Made by a program: the position numbers and the translations under genes
Source of the DNA: a virus
Lineage: Duplodnaviria > Caudoviricetes
IMG/VR virus record: IMGVR_UViG_3300027847_001698
Length of the DNA stretch: 64,000 bases
Direction: 5' to 3' (one strand)
Notes under the pieces: model-generated
Told to the model about the DNA's origin: nothing
Seen by the model: the letters and a program-made list of their open reading frames with translations, nothing else
Databases searched by the model: none
Shown here: piece by piece, positions 10,434 to 19,937 of the stretch
How positions within the stretch are numbered: the first letter of the stretch is position 1
How the letters are laid out: the number at the start of each line of letters is the position of its first letter

Positions 10434-11357
10434 TTAACCTCCTAATCGAGAACGTAATTCACTTTTTCTATCTTCAGGAATTTGTATTCTATCTATAATA
10501 TTGTAGATATCTTTATCTAGAGTCTTCCCTTCGTTTATATGAACAGGTATGTATGGGTGGTAATCAGGATCATCTACTTCATAGAAGTTTCTAATATTCA
10601 TGTCATCTATCCCAACCATTTTAGAAGACCAATATGACAGAAGTCCCGATCCACATGCGGGAAGACCATCCTTCATACAATTATGTGGGGTCGATACTGA
10701 ATCCCCATCAGATGTACTATATAAATAAGGTCTATCACAACTAATAGTATGTTTGATGGCATCCCATAAATCAAAGTGTTTAATCAATTCCCACTGATCT
10801 GATTTCATTAAATTAGATAATCCATATAATGGAGTTATCCTATTTCCTATCAATGTTCCATAATTAAATAGTTCCAAACATGATTGTAAAAAGTATTCTG
10901 AATTGTCGGGGTAGTGACCTGATTCTGTAAGATTCAAAAATCCACCTAATAGATAAACTTTATCATATCCATGTTTCATAACCAATGATTCTGCATATGA
11001 TGCCATTACCGTCATGAACATCATATTGCGTCCAGGGTGCCATGCATGTAGTGTTTTCAGCCCCTTAGCCGTTCCGGTGGTCACTTCGGCCTCAGGATTC
11101 TCTAACATAGATATATCCTTACTTCCCATAGCTTCATAAATACCAGAAAGATCAAATTCCTTAAGTGTAACAGGCATTCCTTTAGCTGTTAATTCATCAA
11201 CAACATTCGTGATAGCCAATTTTTCACAATCGCCACCTCTATGATTATAATTGAAATAACATGCTATGACATTCTCGTAGCCTGCTAATTTTAACATTGC
11301 TAATGTAGAGGAAGAGTCTAAGCCCCCACTACATGATACTAGACATAATTCACTCAT
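10434..11357 (-). CDS. queC: 7-cyano-7-deazaguanine synthase QueC-like
   Basis: PP-loop SCSGGLDSS, FNYNHR, HPGRNMMF, GHYPDNS, MKSD, TISC. Confidence 0.88.
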   Translation of the reverse strand: MSELCLVSCSGGLDSSSTLAMLKLAGYENVIACYFNYNHRGGDCEKLAITNVVDELTAKGMPVTLKEFDLSGIYEAMGSKDISMLENPEAEVTTGTAKGLKTLHAWHPGRNMMFMTVMASYAESLVMKHGYDKVYLLGGFLNLTESGHYPDNSEYFLQSCLELFNYGTLIGNRITPLYGLSNLMKSDQWELIKHFDLWDAIKHTISCDRPYLYSTSDGDSVSTPHNCMKDGLPACGSGLLSYWSSKMVGIDDMNIRNFYEVDDPDYHPYIPVHINEGKTLDKDIYNIIDRIQIPEDRKSELRSRLGG

Positions 11358-12667
11358 ACATCTCTTTCTCCATCATAAATATGCTTGATAACTGGAAATC
11401 GCAAACTCGGTTTTCCTTTTTCATCTACTGTTTCCTCAAAATATCTAACTGTTATAGTTCTACCTAACAGATCATTCGGATCTTTATGCCACATCTTTCT
11501 CTGTTCAAGACTAAATCCAGAACCTACCCCCACCGGATTCCCCTTATGTTCAATACTAACTCTACTGAGCAATTCACATTCAACTTCTAATCCTGTTATA
11601 GAATCAATATGCCTGAATGGACCCATTGATACACTTTTAATTATATACTCTGCATCTATAAATTGTTTAACTTTATACATGCTTCTGGTCCGCTTTCCTT
11701 CATACACTGAATCTCCATTTCGAAGTATCAGTCCTTCCCATTCATTGTCATTAGCTGCCTTAGCACAAGCATCAAACATATCAGTGGAAGTGATTAGCGT
11801 TTGTGGTAGCGAGGTCAAAACTGTTCCATCAAATCCAATATTTGTTAAAAACCCCAATCGATTAATGAATGTGGTTGTTCCCTTTTCATTCCAAAAATCA
11901 TCCATAGACATTATATCAAATGCATAGAATTTAGGATTTAGAATTGTATAGTTCTTTTTCCTTATATATTTCATTATCTTCTGGAAATCCTCTAGTCCAT
12001 CTTCAACCATACAGATTTCACCATCAATGACTTTATTCCTAATTAGATCTTCTTTTTCTTTTTCACCAGCCCACGTTAATAAAGTAGATTTAACTACATC
12101 TAATGTGTAGAATTCTTTACCACTTCTTGAAAAGAATTTAACATTAAGATCATTATCTACAAATATTAAACAACGATTGCCGTCGAGTTTCCTTGACGCA
12201 TACCATTTCTCTTTTACAAAATCAACTTTTGCTTTAGCATTATATGTTTCACACAATGAAACATTAAACACTGGAATAGTATTAGGAAATATTTTATTGA
12301 TTAATTTAGTATCAGTTCTAGTCTTTAGATTTCTGTCAATGATATTATATATAAGATCAGTATGTTCATGGTTTTCTGCTATGAATCTATTAACTGCTCC
12401 TACTGCATCATGACCGGTCAGAGTTCTATTATCTAACGCCTTTAATAATGTTATAATTTCATTGTATTCATTTGTTTCAGCCACAACACTAGATAACTTT
12501 TTAAGGTTATCAGAAGTAACGCCATACTGATAGTTTATCGTATCATATATGTACTTCCATATTTCCTTGCATTGTGGATATCTTTCAATTACTTTCTTTT
12601 TATCTAATGTAGAATTAGAAGCATTAGCTTCTTCTACAAAGGGTGCTAAGTTTTGTAAGTCATTCAT
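11354..12667 (-). CDS. ATP-dependent DNA ligase
   Basis: ASRKLDGNRC (KxDG), FSRSGK, IDGEIC, FDIM, EGLILR, KVK, GVGSGFS, SLRFPV. Confidence 0.95.
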   Translation of the reverse strand: MNDLQNLAPFVEEANASNSTLDKKKVIERYPQCKEIWKYIYDTINYQYGVTSDNLKKLSSVVAETNEYNEIITLLKALDNRTLTGHDAVGAVNRFIAENHEHTDLIYNIIDRNLKTRTDTKLINKIFPNTIPVFNVSLCETYNAKAKVDFVKEKWYASRKLDGNRCLIFVDNDLNVKFFSRSGKEFYTLDVVKSTLLTWAGEKEKEDLIRNKVIDGEICMVEDGLEDFQKIMKYIRKKNYTILNPKFYAFDIMSMDDFWNEKGTTTFINRLGFLTNIGFDGTVLTSLPQTLITSTDMFDACAKAANDNEWEGLILRNGDSVYEGKRTRSMYKVKQFIDAEYIIKSVSMGPFRHIDSITGLEVECELLSRVSIEHKGNPVGVGSGFSLEQRKMWHKDPNDLLGRTITVRYFEETVDEKGKPSLRFPVIKHIYDGERDV

Positions 12668-13476
12668 CTTCTATTTCCATCATTATCAAAGTTTGTATCA
12701 AAATTCTGAGTTACAAATCTAGGACTGAATTTAATATTTCTAATAAAGCCAGAATCTAAATCCAGACTCTTAATACGTTGGCCTCTTAGATAGTGATTAT
12801 AAAAGTCTTCCCATGTATTTTCGCCGTTTCTAGTACAATCAGTAACATCTTCTATTATTTCTGTAAGACACCCGTTAGAACTAGATAATCCATATCCTAT
12901 TCCCCGAATAGCCATATGGGCTAACGGTTTAAAATCAGTCCAGTAATAAACTCTATCTAATGCAATATCATATAGTATTGCAGCAAAACCACCAGACAAA
13001 TGTTCGCATGTGTCTTTGATATTTTTGTCCTGCCTTATATACTCTGCAATAATAGCTTCAGAATCAATCTGTGTATTAAACTTAAACTTGCCAGTATTAT
13101 TAGACCAATTCTTCAAATCCACACATACAAAATTAGAGACAGAACCATTATGAACAACTACAACTCCATCATTTACAATAGGCTGCATATTTGTTTCAGT
13201 AGTAGGAGGCTCTTGTTCAGGAGCTGCTCTTGCATTGGATAGTAATAAATCTCCTTTGTCAAAGTTAACTTTCACAAAACTTTTCACTTCACCCTTACAT
13301 GTTGAATAGGGGTAAATACTTCTGTATGTAGTTATCTTCCTTGCAGGTTCAGATCTTTTTATAATTGAAATTCCAAATCCGTCGGTCCCTCGTTTTTCAG
13401 ACCATTTAAACAGAGGCTCTATAATTTCATAATCTGGTTTTGATTCTCTTGCGAAAAACATTGATATTCCACACAT
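12664..13476 (-). CDS. Class II (Ntn) glutamine amidotransferase, probable Gat partner of QueC
   Basis: True start is probably ATG 13476, giving MCGISM (N-terminal nucleophile Cys); RGTDGFG, NARAAP, NMQP, VVHNGSV, DSEAI. Confidence 0.85.
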   Translation of the reverse strand: MCGISMFFARESKPDYEIIEPLFKWSEKRGTDGFGISIIKRSEPARKITTYRSIYPYSTCKGEVKSFVKVNFDKGDLLLSNARAAPEQEPPTTETNMQPIVNDGVVVVHNGSVSNFVCVDLKNWSNNTGKFKFNTQIDSEAIIAEYIRQDKNIKDTCEHLSGGFAAILYDIALDRVYYWTDFKPLAHMAIRGIGYGLSSSNGCLTEIIEDVTDCTRNGENTWEDFYNHYLRGQRIKSLDLDSGFIRNIKFSPRFVTQNFDTNFDNDGNRR

Positions 13477-13492
13477 GTTTTTTTGTCTCTTG

Positions 13493-13978
13493 TTATCCGT
13501 TAACTCGTATACTATTATGGATCTTTGGCTGACCATCAAAATACTTATAAATTAATCCATTCTCATTTATAAGTAACACAATCTTACTATTTCTGCTAGC
13601 ATATCTGATTGTTGACCATGTTCCAGATCTCTGTTCCTCAATTAATGTTTCTGGTGTGGCAATAAGAATATCTGTACAATTTACAATATCCTTATTACGT
13701 TCTAAATAATCCTTTGCTCTATGTTCTACTTTGGAATCGTTATTGTAATTCCTCAATCTTGAATTAGTTGGGGGGTGGATAATAATACTTATACCCATGT
13801 TAAGACATATGATATGAGAATCAGTATCTGATCCGATACAATCCCCATGATGAAATTCAGTTACTATACCATTTGCGGATAACATTTGTCTCAATGTCTC
13901 TTTTTGGTAGAGGCTCATTCCAATTCTAGTTCCTGTAAATCCCACTCTTAACGGAGTGTCATTGCTTTCAGTATTCAC
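13493..13978 (-). CDS. SLOG-superfamily (DprA/YspA-like) nucleotide-binding protein
   Basis: VGFTGTR, FHHGDCIGSD, YLERNKDIV, SGTWSTIRYA. Confidence 0.75.
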   Translation of the reverse strand: MNTESNDTPLRVGFTGTRIGMSLYQKETLRQMLSANGIVTEFHHGDCIGSDTDSHIICLNMGISIIIHPPTNSRLRNYNNDSKVEHRAKDYLERNKDIVNCTDILIATPETLIEEQRSGTWSTIRYASRNSKIVLLINENGLIYKYFDGQPKIHNSIRVNG

Positions 13979-14049
13979 TATTTATAATCCTGATTAAAAA
14001 TAAAATATTGTAAAAACAACCATATTAAATTTCTCTTAAAGAAAGTCAA

Positions 14050-14080
14050 TAAGTGACGAGACATTATAACCCGTCACTTA
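14050..14080 (-). terminator. Probable intrinsic terminator
   Basis: Minus strand TAAGTGACGGG-TTATAATGT-CTCGTCACTTA followed by TTGACTTTCTTT, just after the stop of 14100..14594. Confidence 0.6.
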
Positions 14081-14099
14081 TATCATTTGTCCTTTTCTA

Positions 14100-14594
14100 T
14101 TATGGATATGGTGCGCCTAAATGTAAGATTTTCTTTTCTGCCTCAGTTGGCGTAACTGCAAACTGAGATTTATATCCGAAATTTCCTTCTTCTGACCTTT
14201 CTTCAGATTGTAAAATCTCACCATGATGTTCAATCGTGATCAATACTGAAGCAGGAGCTATAAACAGTTTATCCCCACTGTCATCATCGCCCTCCGTCAC
14301 ACTAACAATAACTGGAAGAGTGTGTTCTTTCTTCTTTGTTGCTCTAAGAGCTCTTACTGCTGATCGACACCATCCTTCGTCTTTGTTGAATGTTTCAGTG
14401 GTACTGCATATTGAAACGCCCCTGCAAACATCTCCATCTGATGTAAGCCCAACAAACACGGTTCCTATTCGATGCCGTCCACTATCCCCACTATCCCCAC
14501 TATCTACTTTCAAATAGTAGTGCTGGTGAGCAGAGAAAGCTTTCTCGACTTGTGCCGCTATGTGTTCATGTTTTGCATTATATGCCATAGTCAA
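14100..14594 (-). CDS. Hypothetical protein
   Basis: 164-aa ORF in the main gene direction; contains a DSGDSGDSG tandem. Confidence 0.7.
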   Translation of the reverse strand: MTMAYNAKHEHIAAQVEKAFSAHQHYYLKVDSGDSGDSGRHRIGTVFVGLTSDGDVCRGVSICSTTETFNKDEGWCRSAVRALRATKKKEHTLPVIVSVTEGDDDSGDKLFIAPASVLITIEHHGEILQSEERSEEGNFGYKSQFAVTPTEAEKKILHLGAPYP

Positions 14595-14599
14595 TTACT

Positions 14600-14755
14600 T
14601 CATTGTGGTTCCGGTTTGGGGACTTCCGTTATTGAATGGATGTCCCAGTTAGTTTCTGTTTTAACTTGTTCTTCCGTCATTTCTAAAAACTCTAATAACC
14701 GTTTTCGGCACTCAGGGTTTAGATCATCAATAAATATTTCAAAAAGTTCGTCCAT
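14600..14755 (-). CDS. Small acidic hypothetical protein (51 aa, below ORF-track cut-off)
   Basis: MDELFEIFIDDLNPECRKRLLEFLEMTEEQVKTETNWDIHSITEVPKPEPQ fills the intergenic gap in the co-directional orientation. Confidence 0.65.
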   Translation of the reverse strand: MDELFEIFIDDLNPECRKRLLEFLEMTEEQVKTETNWDIHSITEVPKPEPQ

Positions 14756-14821
14756 AATATATATAAAAGGGGGATACGCATGATAAATCTATTAAATCTA
14801 CTATGTATCCAATTTAAACTT

Positions 14822-15985
14822 CTATAGTTTTCCTTCTGTTATGAGTTCAACACGGCTCGGAATGTTCGAACGAGTGTTCACTTGTTGGGTTCCTTCTTTG
14901 ACCCTGTATCTGAGAGATACGGATCTTTCACCCACAGATGGTTGTGTAATCTTTAAGCGATTCCATGTGGTCCTTTTGATCTTGTCAGGTTCCCAATTCA
15001 CATTTTGAATCCATGTTGGGAAACTATCAGTTCCTTCTCTGCTTGCTGCAAATTCAACACAACGAGTTGTGAATCTGAATTTTGCTTGTGCAGTTTTTAC
15101 CGCTTTAAGTTTATTCTTAATGGTTCTTAAGGCATCTTCGTTTTTATCATATTCTTCAAACGAAGTCTCAATGTCAGGAGTATCAATCTCCACCAAGAAA
15201 TACTCAACCTTTACCGGCTTTGTTTTTTCTCTTTCAGATGTCGTAGTCTTATACGTATTAATAACTCCTTCTTTATCGTCCGATAGAACAATTCCAGTGG
15301 AGCTAAGTCTATCCCATTCATGAATGAGATGCTTTTTCTCTTCAGTCAATCTGTCCAGCATTGATTTCGTCAAGAAATAATACTGACCATAAAACGAGAT
15401 CCATCTTTCTGGTGAAACGAAGTTGTCAAAGACAATCTTGTTATCAGTAAGAATACCCGACTCCATCATGAATTTATTTTCAGCTGCGGTTGGCATGAAC
15501 TCGATAGTGTTCCATCCGTCATACCATTCTCCATTCAATCCTGTTACGTTGAATGTTCTTGGATGTCCTGTACCATCAGTAGTCATCACATTTTGATCGA
15601 AAATACGAATTCCGAATGTGAATACCTCTTTGTGTGCAGTTAATCCCATAATTTTGCCATGCCGATTTTTATCCGACACAACCATTTGTCCTTCTTGTTT
15701 GGTTCCACCCCTCATTGAATGATACTCAGGTATATTGATGACTGCTTCTCTATCCCATAATGCATACAGAAAAGTAGCGAGATCTAGATCTGTTGCACAA
15801 ATCAGATTACCGGCGTCATCGTGCTGAGCAGCACTCGGGTTGCGACTGAATAGATCGTACACCCATAAGGCGTCAATCTTATCAATCAACGAAACCACAT
15901 CATGTCCTCTATCTCTAATCCCCACCATCAATGGATTTTCTAGGATATTAGTCAGGGTAGCTGCAACTTGTTTTGCTTTTGGCAT
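14822..15985 (-). CDS. Hypothetical protein
   Basis: 387-aa ORF with upstream GAAGGAAG; no motif recognised. Confidence 0.75.
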   Translation of the reverse strand: MPKAKQVAATLTNILENPLMVGIRDRGHDVVSLIDKIDALWVYDLFSRNPSAAQHDDAGNLICATDLDLATFLYALWDREAVINIPEYHSMRGGTKQEGQMVVSDKNRHGKIMGLTAHKEVFTFGIRIFDQNVMTTDGTGHPRTFNVTGLNGEWYDGWNTIEFMPTAAENKFMMESGILTDNKIVFDNFVSPERWISFYGQYYFLTKSMLDRLTEEKKHLIHEWDRLSSTGIVLSDDKEGVINTYKTTTSEREKTKPVKVEYFLVEIDTPDIETSFEEYDKNEDALRTIKNKLKAVKTAQAKFRFTTRCVEFAASREGTDSFPTWIQNVNWEPDKIKRTTWNRLKITQPSVGERSVSLRYRVKEGTQQVNTRSNIPSRVELITEGKL

Positions 15986-16134
15986 ACTTATGCTTCCTTC
16001 TTTGTTGATTGTATCTTTTCGAGCTGTGCTACAATATCGTTATTAACCGCAGATTTCTCTACGATACTCAGGATATTCCACATTGGAAATAATCTCCGTT
16101 GGGATAGTGTTAAGATTCACATGATATCAAATGA

Positions 16135-16761
16135 TTAAGGCTTGGAGCAAAAAATTCTCATATAGATATTTCTACCCTTATGAATTACATCATGTTCTAT
16201 TTTATCTATTTTCCATGTTCCGCCTTCTGAAGCAATATAACTATGAGCTAATTTTGGAGTCCATTGCGACCCATGTGGATCTGACATTGTGTTATTGAAT
16301 TCCGTATTTAATAATAATTTGGTTGATTCTACTTTCTCTGAAGTCATCTCTTCATATCTTTTCTCAAAATCAATTAAAATCTCAGATAATTTTAATGCAT
16401 CAGGAACAAGAATTACCAATTCCGCATCATCATTTGTTATTTGATTACATGCATCTAATAATCTTCCAATTTCACCACTATCGTAAAACTGGTGTTCGAA
16501 AATTCTATCCGCTATTAGTTTATCAAATTGATATTTGTATGTATCTAGAAACTCAAATAAATCTGTTCCAACGTATATTCTACATGGGGTATTATCATTC
16601 ATGTTTCTGGTATATGATTCTTCAGCTTCTCTTACCGTTGAATTGACTCCAGTTGCATAACTCCTATCCACGCATACTACACAATCAAAATCAGATGTTA
16701 TGTCCCGAAAAGTGTTTCCTATTTTTCCTGTACCTAATGATAATAATGATGTATAACTCAC
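16135..16761 (-). CDS. Putative SAM-dependent methyltransferase (class I-like)
   Basis: LLSLGTG (motif I-like), VCVD, LIADRIFEH, LVILVPD, DPHGSQWT. Confidence 0.6.
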   Translation of the reverse strand: MSYTSLLSLGTGKIGNTFRDITSDFDCVVCVDRSYATGVNSTVREAEESYTRNMNDNTPCRIYVGTDLFEFLDTYKYQFDKLIADRIFEHQFYDSGEIGRLLDACNQITNDDAELVILVPDALKLSEILIDFEKRYEEMTSEKVESTKLLLNTEFNNTMSDPHGSQWTPKLAHSYIASEGGTWKIDKIEHDVIHKGRNIYMRIFCSKP

Positions 16762-17777
16762 ACTGATCCCTCTGTTGCTATTTTAAATATTATTAAATCG
16801 GATGCCCACATATTGGAATGCTCGTTACAATAGTTTTCCAAATGTCGAAAATTTTCATTATTGGGCCTTATTCGTTGACGATCCCACCACTTATTAAAAT
16901 ACCCAGAACAGTATTTCATGAGACCATGACGACCGACAGGTCGATTACTCCCACGATCACAAGGATATGAGCAATGGTTCTGTCCATAATTAAACTTTTT
17001 CTTATCCCACCACTTATCAAATAGATCTGGATGATTTGCTGCTAACCAGTGAGATTGAGTCTTCCACCATTTTGTGGGTATTCTCTCGGGTAACCACCAA
17101 TCATCAAAATATTCCAAACAATACGAAAACAAGTAATACATTACATCAGTAGAATAAACAAACTTCTCAGGGTCCCACCATGTAGTAAACTTACTAGGAT
17201 AAGACATTGGCATAATTTCACTAATACGATTCCATTGCCATTTTGTTAGTTTCTCTGGCTTCCACCAGATATCAAACTGCCCCGAACAACTAGTTACTAA
17301 TGACATAAACGATTGCGAGTTAAACTTATTTTCATCCCACCACGTATTAAAGTGGCTCCTACATCCAGATGCTAATGCCGAACTACCATACTTCCAATCA
17401 TATTTATCAGGATCCCACCATTCATCAAATTTAGATGATAAAGAAAAAGCTAAATCAGAAGAGTAATTCTCCCAATCATATTTATCAGGATCCCACCATT
17501 CATCAAATTTACCATTAAGATATCTACATAATAACTTACTATGTTTTTTATAATCTATTAATTCTTTATCAAACCACAAATCAAAATTCTTATATTGATG
17601 GGTACTAAGCCAGTTAAATTCTTTTGTTCTCCAATCTGGTTCTAACTCATAAAATCGAGTTTTAAATTTTCTAGAAACACTTTGTCTAAATGATCTAATC
17701 CTTTTTACGTTGTCAATAGAAACAGGAAATTTCTGTTTCACTAAATTAATATCAATTTTTCCTAATAAATCGTCCAT
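16758..17777 (-). CDS. Trp-rich ~26-aa tandem-repeat protein
   Basis: About ten repeats with consensus L..yc...Fd.WWdp.kf.w; likely start ATG 17777 (MDDLLG), which avoids overlap with the upstream gene. Confidence 0.75.
   Translation of the reverse strand: MDDLLGKIDINLVKQKFPVSIDNVKRIRSFRQSVSRKFKTRFYELEPDWRTKEFNWLSTHQYKNFDLWFDKELIDYKKHSKLLCRYLNGKFDEWWDPDKYDWENYSSDLAFSLSSKFDEWWDPDKYDWKYGSSALASGCRSHFNTWWDENKFNSQSFMSLVTSCSGQFDIWWKPEKLTKWQWNRISEIMPMSYPSKFTTWWDPEKFVYSTDVMYYLFSYCLEYFDDWWLPERIPTKWWKTQSHWLAANHPDLFDKWWDKKKFNYGQNHCSYPCDRGSNRPVGRHGLMKYCSGYFNKWWDRQRIRPNNENFRHLENYCNEHSNMWASDLIIFKIATEGSV
17394..17510. repeat. Perfect 39-bp direct repeat, two copies 78 bp apart, within the repeat-protein gene
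   Basis: ccaatcatatttatcaggatcccaccattcatcaaattt at 17394-17432 and 17472-17510 (encodes KFDEWWDPDKYDW). Confidence 0.9.
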
Positions 17778-17784
17778 GTATAAA

Positions 17785-18495
17785 TTATATGAACTCCAAG
17801 AATATAGATTCAAAGAATTCTCTGAAGAAATGATTAAAATACTTATTAGTGTCAACTGCTTTGACATCGACCAGACTGGAATTTGCAACTAATATAGTTC
17901 CATGTTTCTTTGTCTGAATTGCATTCTTTCCATCAACATCAACCATATAAAATTCAGGATTTGGATTATCTAACACTAATTTTTGTATATTATTTAATTG
18001 TGCAAATAATGTTTTTCTGTCGTAGAAGTTTAATTTTCTGAACTTCTCATACACCAAATCAAGATTATGGTATTTACCTTTAACTCCTTTTACAGTAACC
18101 CCATCTGTTCCACACGTCATATATTTTTTACGATCCGGAGTTAATACAATAAAATCTATATAACTTCTAAGATCTAATTCAAGAAAGTCTTCTGTTTTCT
18201 CTAGCAGTTTAGTTGAGATGAACCCGTCCCGTTGGGTAACAATGATATCCGAATCAGTTAAACTATTCTCGGATACATAAAATTGAATTAGACTATTTAT
18301 ATTAGATATTAAATATGAACTAAGATCAGGATTATTAATTTGGATTTTACCAATTTGAATATTCCTATCCCTTTTATTCATCTTTTCTAATTCGCTGACA
18401 TCCCAATCTATACTGTCGAGAATACGCATATATGCAGATTTAAAGTCGTACAGATATACATTCTTTATTATGAGAGGACATCTTTTGCTTATCAT
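17785..18495 (-). CDS. Short family-B DNA polymerase-like palm-domain protein
   Basis: YLYDFKSAYMRIL resembles PolB motif A (DFxSLYP); IVTQRDGFIS resembles motif C; KKYM and VKGV follow; only 236 aa with no exonuclease domain. Confidence 0.55.
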   Translation of the reverse strand: MISKRCPLIIKNVYLYDFKSAYMRILDSIDWDVSELEKMNKRDRNIQIGKIQINNPDLSSYLISNINSLIQFYVSENSLTDSDIIVTQRDGFISTKLLEKTEDFLELDLRSYIDFIVLTPDRKKYMTCGTDGVTVKGVKGKYHNLDLVYEKFRKLNFYDRKTLFAQLNNIQKLVLDNPNPEFYMVDVDGKNAIQTKKHGTILVANSSLVDVKAVDTNKYFNHFFREFFESIFLEFI

Positions 18496-18553
18496 TATTA
18501 AAGGCAGATGCCCGTAAATCTATTAAATTCACGGACACTGCACTACAAATATG

Positions 18554-19327
18554 TTACAGCTTACACGTCATCATGACATCTTCATTCAGCTTAATCAGAT
18601 GATTAATGTCTGTGGTGATTGCCATGAATGCAAGTGTTTCATTCTTAATGTCACTCTTCTCAGTCATTTCAGCTACCAGTCCACTCAGTCGTGGAGAAGA
18701 TTTGCTAATATGTAACTTGATTGCATCAATATCCATGTCGGATGAATCTACAGAGATTGTTTCAATTGGTGAATCCTGTCCCTTTCTAACAACTGTTTTG
18801 ATAGTGGGGCTACCATCGAGTACATTAAACGAAATAGTATTCGTCTTACCAATATACGCTCTTTTGGTATTTGATTCAACAATAATTCCAGACTTGTGGA
18901 CAGTAATGTTACTAGGTGTGAAGTTTTCAATATACAATTGATCAAGATTCTCATGAAGATAAATATCACCTTTTAGTGTTTTTTCATCTCCATCATTTGT
19001 AATAAACAAGACATATCTGCCAGGTCTAACATTAGGGAATTGCATGTTAGCTTTGCTAGCATTAGATATCTTAGATCCATGTTCCTCTAGTAATGCATAC
19101 ACACTACCCGTATCAGGTGGGTCTACTTCTACTTCTACTTGTGCTTCAACTTCTTCTGCTGTTTCTGCTTCGGTAGTTACCATTTCAGTTGTAGTTTCCT
19201 CTGCAACTGTTTCTGGTGTATCCAATGCTTCCTCGGTTGGAGACTCAGCCACTATGGTTGACGATTCATTGTTTGTACCTAATAGCTCGTCCAGATCGTA
19301 CTGTTTTGTGTTGGTATCGTTTGACAT
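18554..19327 (-). CDS. Hypothetical protein with acidic, low-complexity N-terminus
   Basis: 257 aa; Glu/Thr-rich first 70 residues. Confidence 0.75.
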   Translation of the reverse strand: MSNDTNTKQYDLDELLGTNNESSTIVAESPTEEALDTPETVAEETTTEMVTTEAETAEEVEAQVEVEVDPPDTGSVYALLEEHGSKISNASKANMQFPNVRPGRYVLFITNDGDEKTLKGDIYLHENLDQLYIENFTPSNITVHKSGIIVESNTKRAYIGKTNTISFNVLDGSPTIKTVVRKGQDSPIETISVDSSDMDIDAIKLHISKSSPRLSGLVAEMTEKSDIKNETLAFMAITTDINHLIKLNEDVMMTCKL

Positions 19328-19340
19328 TAAATAATAGCTC

Positions 19341-19937
19341 CTAGTCCTTGATTAAGGACAAAAACTCAGTTCTAGTCTGAGGTTGATTTTTAAATTTTCC
19401 TTTCATAGCTGAGGTTATCATTGAAGCATTTTGCTTCTTGACACCTCTACATATCATACAGAAATGCTGTGCTTCCATTATTACTCCGACACCATCTGGC
19501 TTTAAATACATGTCCATGGTCTCGGCAATGTCAACAGTCATTTTTTCCTGAATTTGTAATCTACTGGCAAATATATCAACAAGTCTTGCCATCTTAGATA
19601 ATCCTAATACTTTTCCGTTTGGAAGATAACCTATATGACATACCCCACTAAACGGTAGCATATGATGCTCACATATTGAAGTAAAATCAATATTTTTACA
19701 CATTACTATCTCGTCAGCGAGTTCTCCCTCACCTAAACCTTCTTGGAAGAATGTAGATAACACTGTAGAAATATCATGATTGTATCCAGCATACAATTCT
19801 ATCCATGATTTTACAACCCTGAATGGGGTATCAATCAATCCTTCTCTTGTTGGATTATCTCCAATAGATGCAAGAATTGATTTAACATTATCCATTGCTC
19901 CTGGAAACTTTGCTTCTACTTCTTCTTTAGTTATCAT
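19341..19937 (-). CDS. folE: GTP cyclohydrolase I
   Basis: REGLIDTPFRV, SICEHHMLPF, GLSKMARLV, RLQIQE, HFCMICRGV. Confidence 0.97.
   Translation of the reverse strand: MITKEEVEAKFPGAMDNVKSILASIGDNPTREGLIDTPFRVVKSWIELYAGYNHDISTVLSTFFQEGLGEGELADEIVMCKNIDFTSICEHHMLPFSGVCHIGYLPNGKVLGLSKMARLVDIFASRLQIQEKMTVDIAETMDMYLKPDGVGVIMEAQHFCMICRGVKKQNASMITSAMKGKFKNQPQTRTEFLSLIKD

Noticed and set aside
14478-14505. 9-bp tandem repeat (ccactatcc)x3
   Set aside because: It encodes DSGDSGDSG in frame: a simple low-complexity linker with no sign of phase variation.
14772-14810. GGATAC...GTATCC inverted repeat as a terminator
   Set aside because: Only a 6-bp perfect stem with a long irregular loop; too weak to call.
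17394-17510. 39-bp direct repeat considered as a CRISPR array or DGR template/variable repeat
   Set aside because: Only two copies, in frame within a protein repeat; identical rather than differing at adenines; no cas or reverse transcriptase gene seen.
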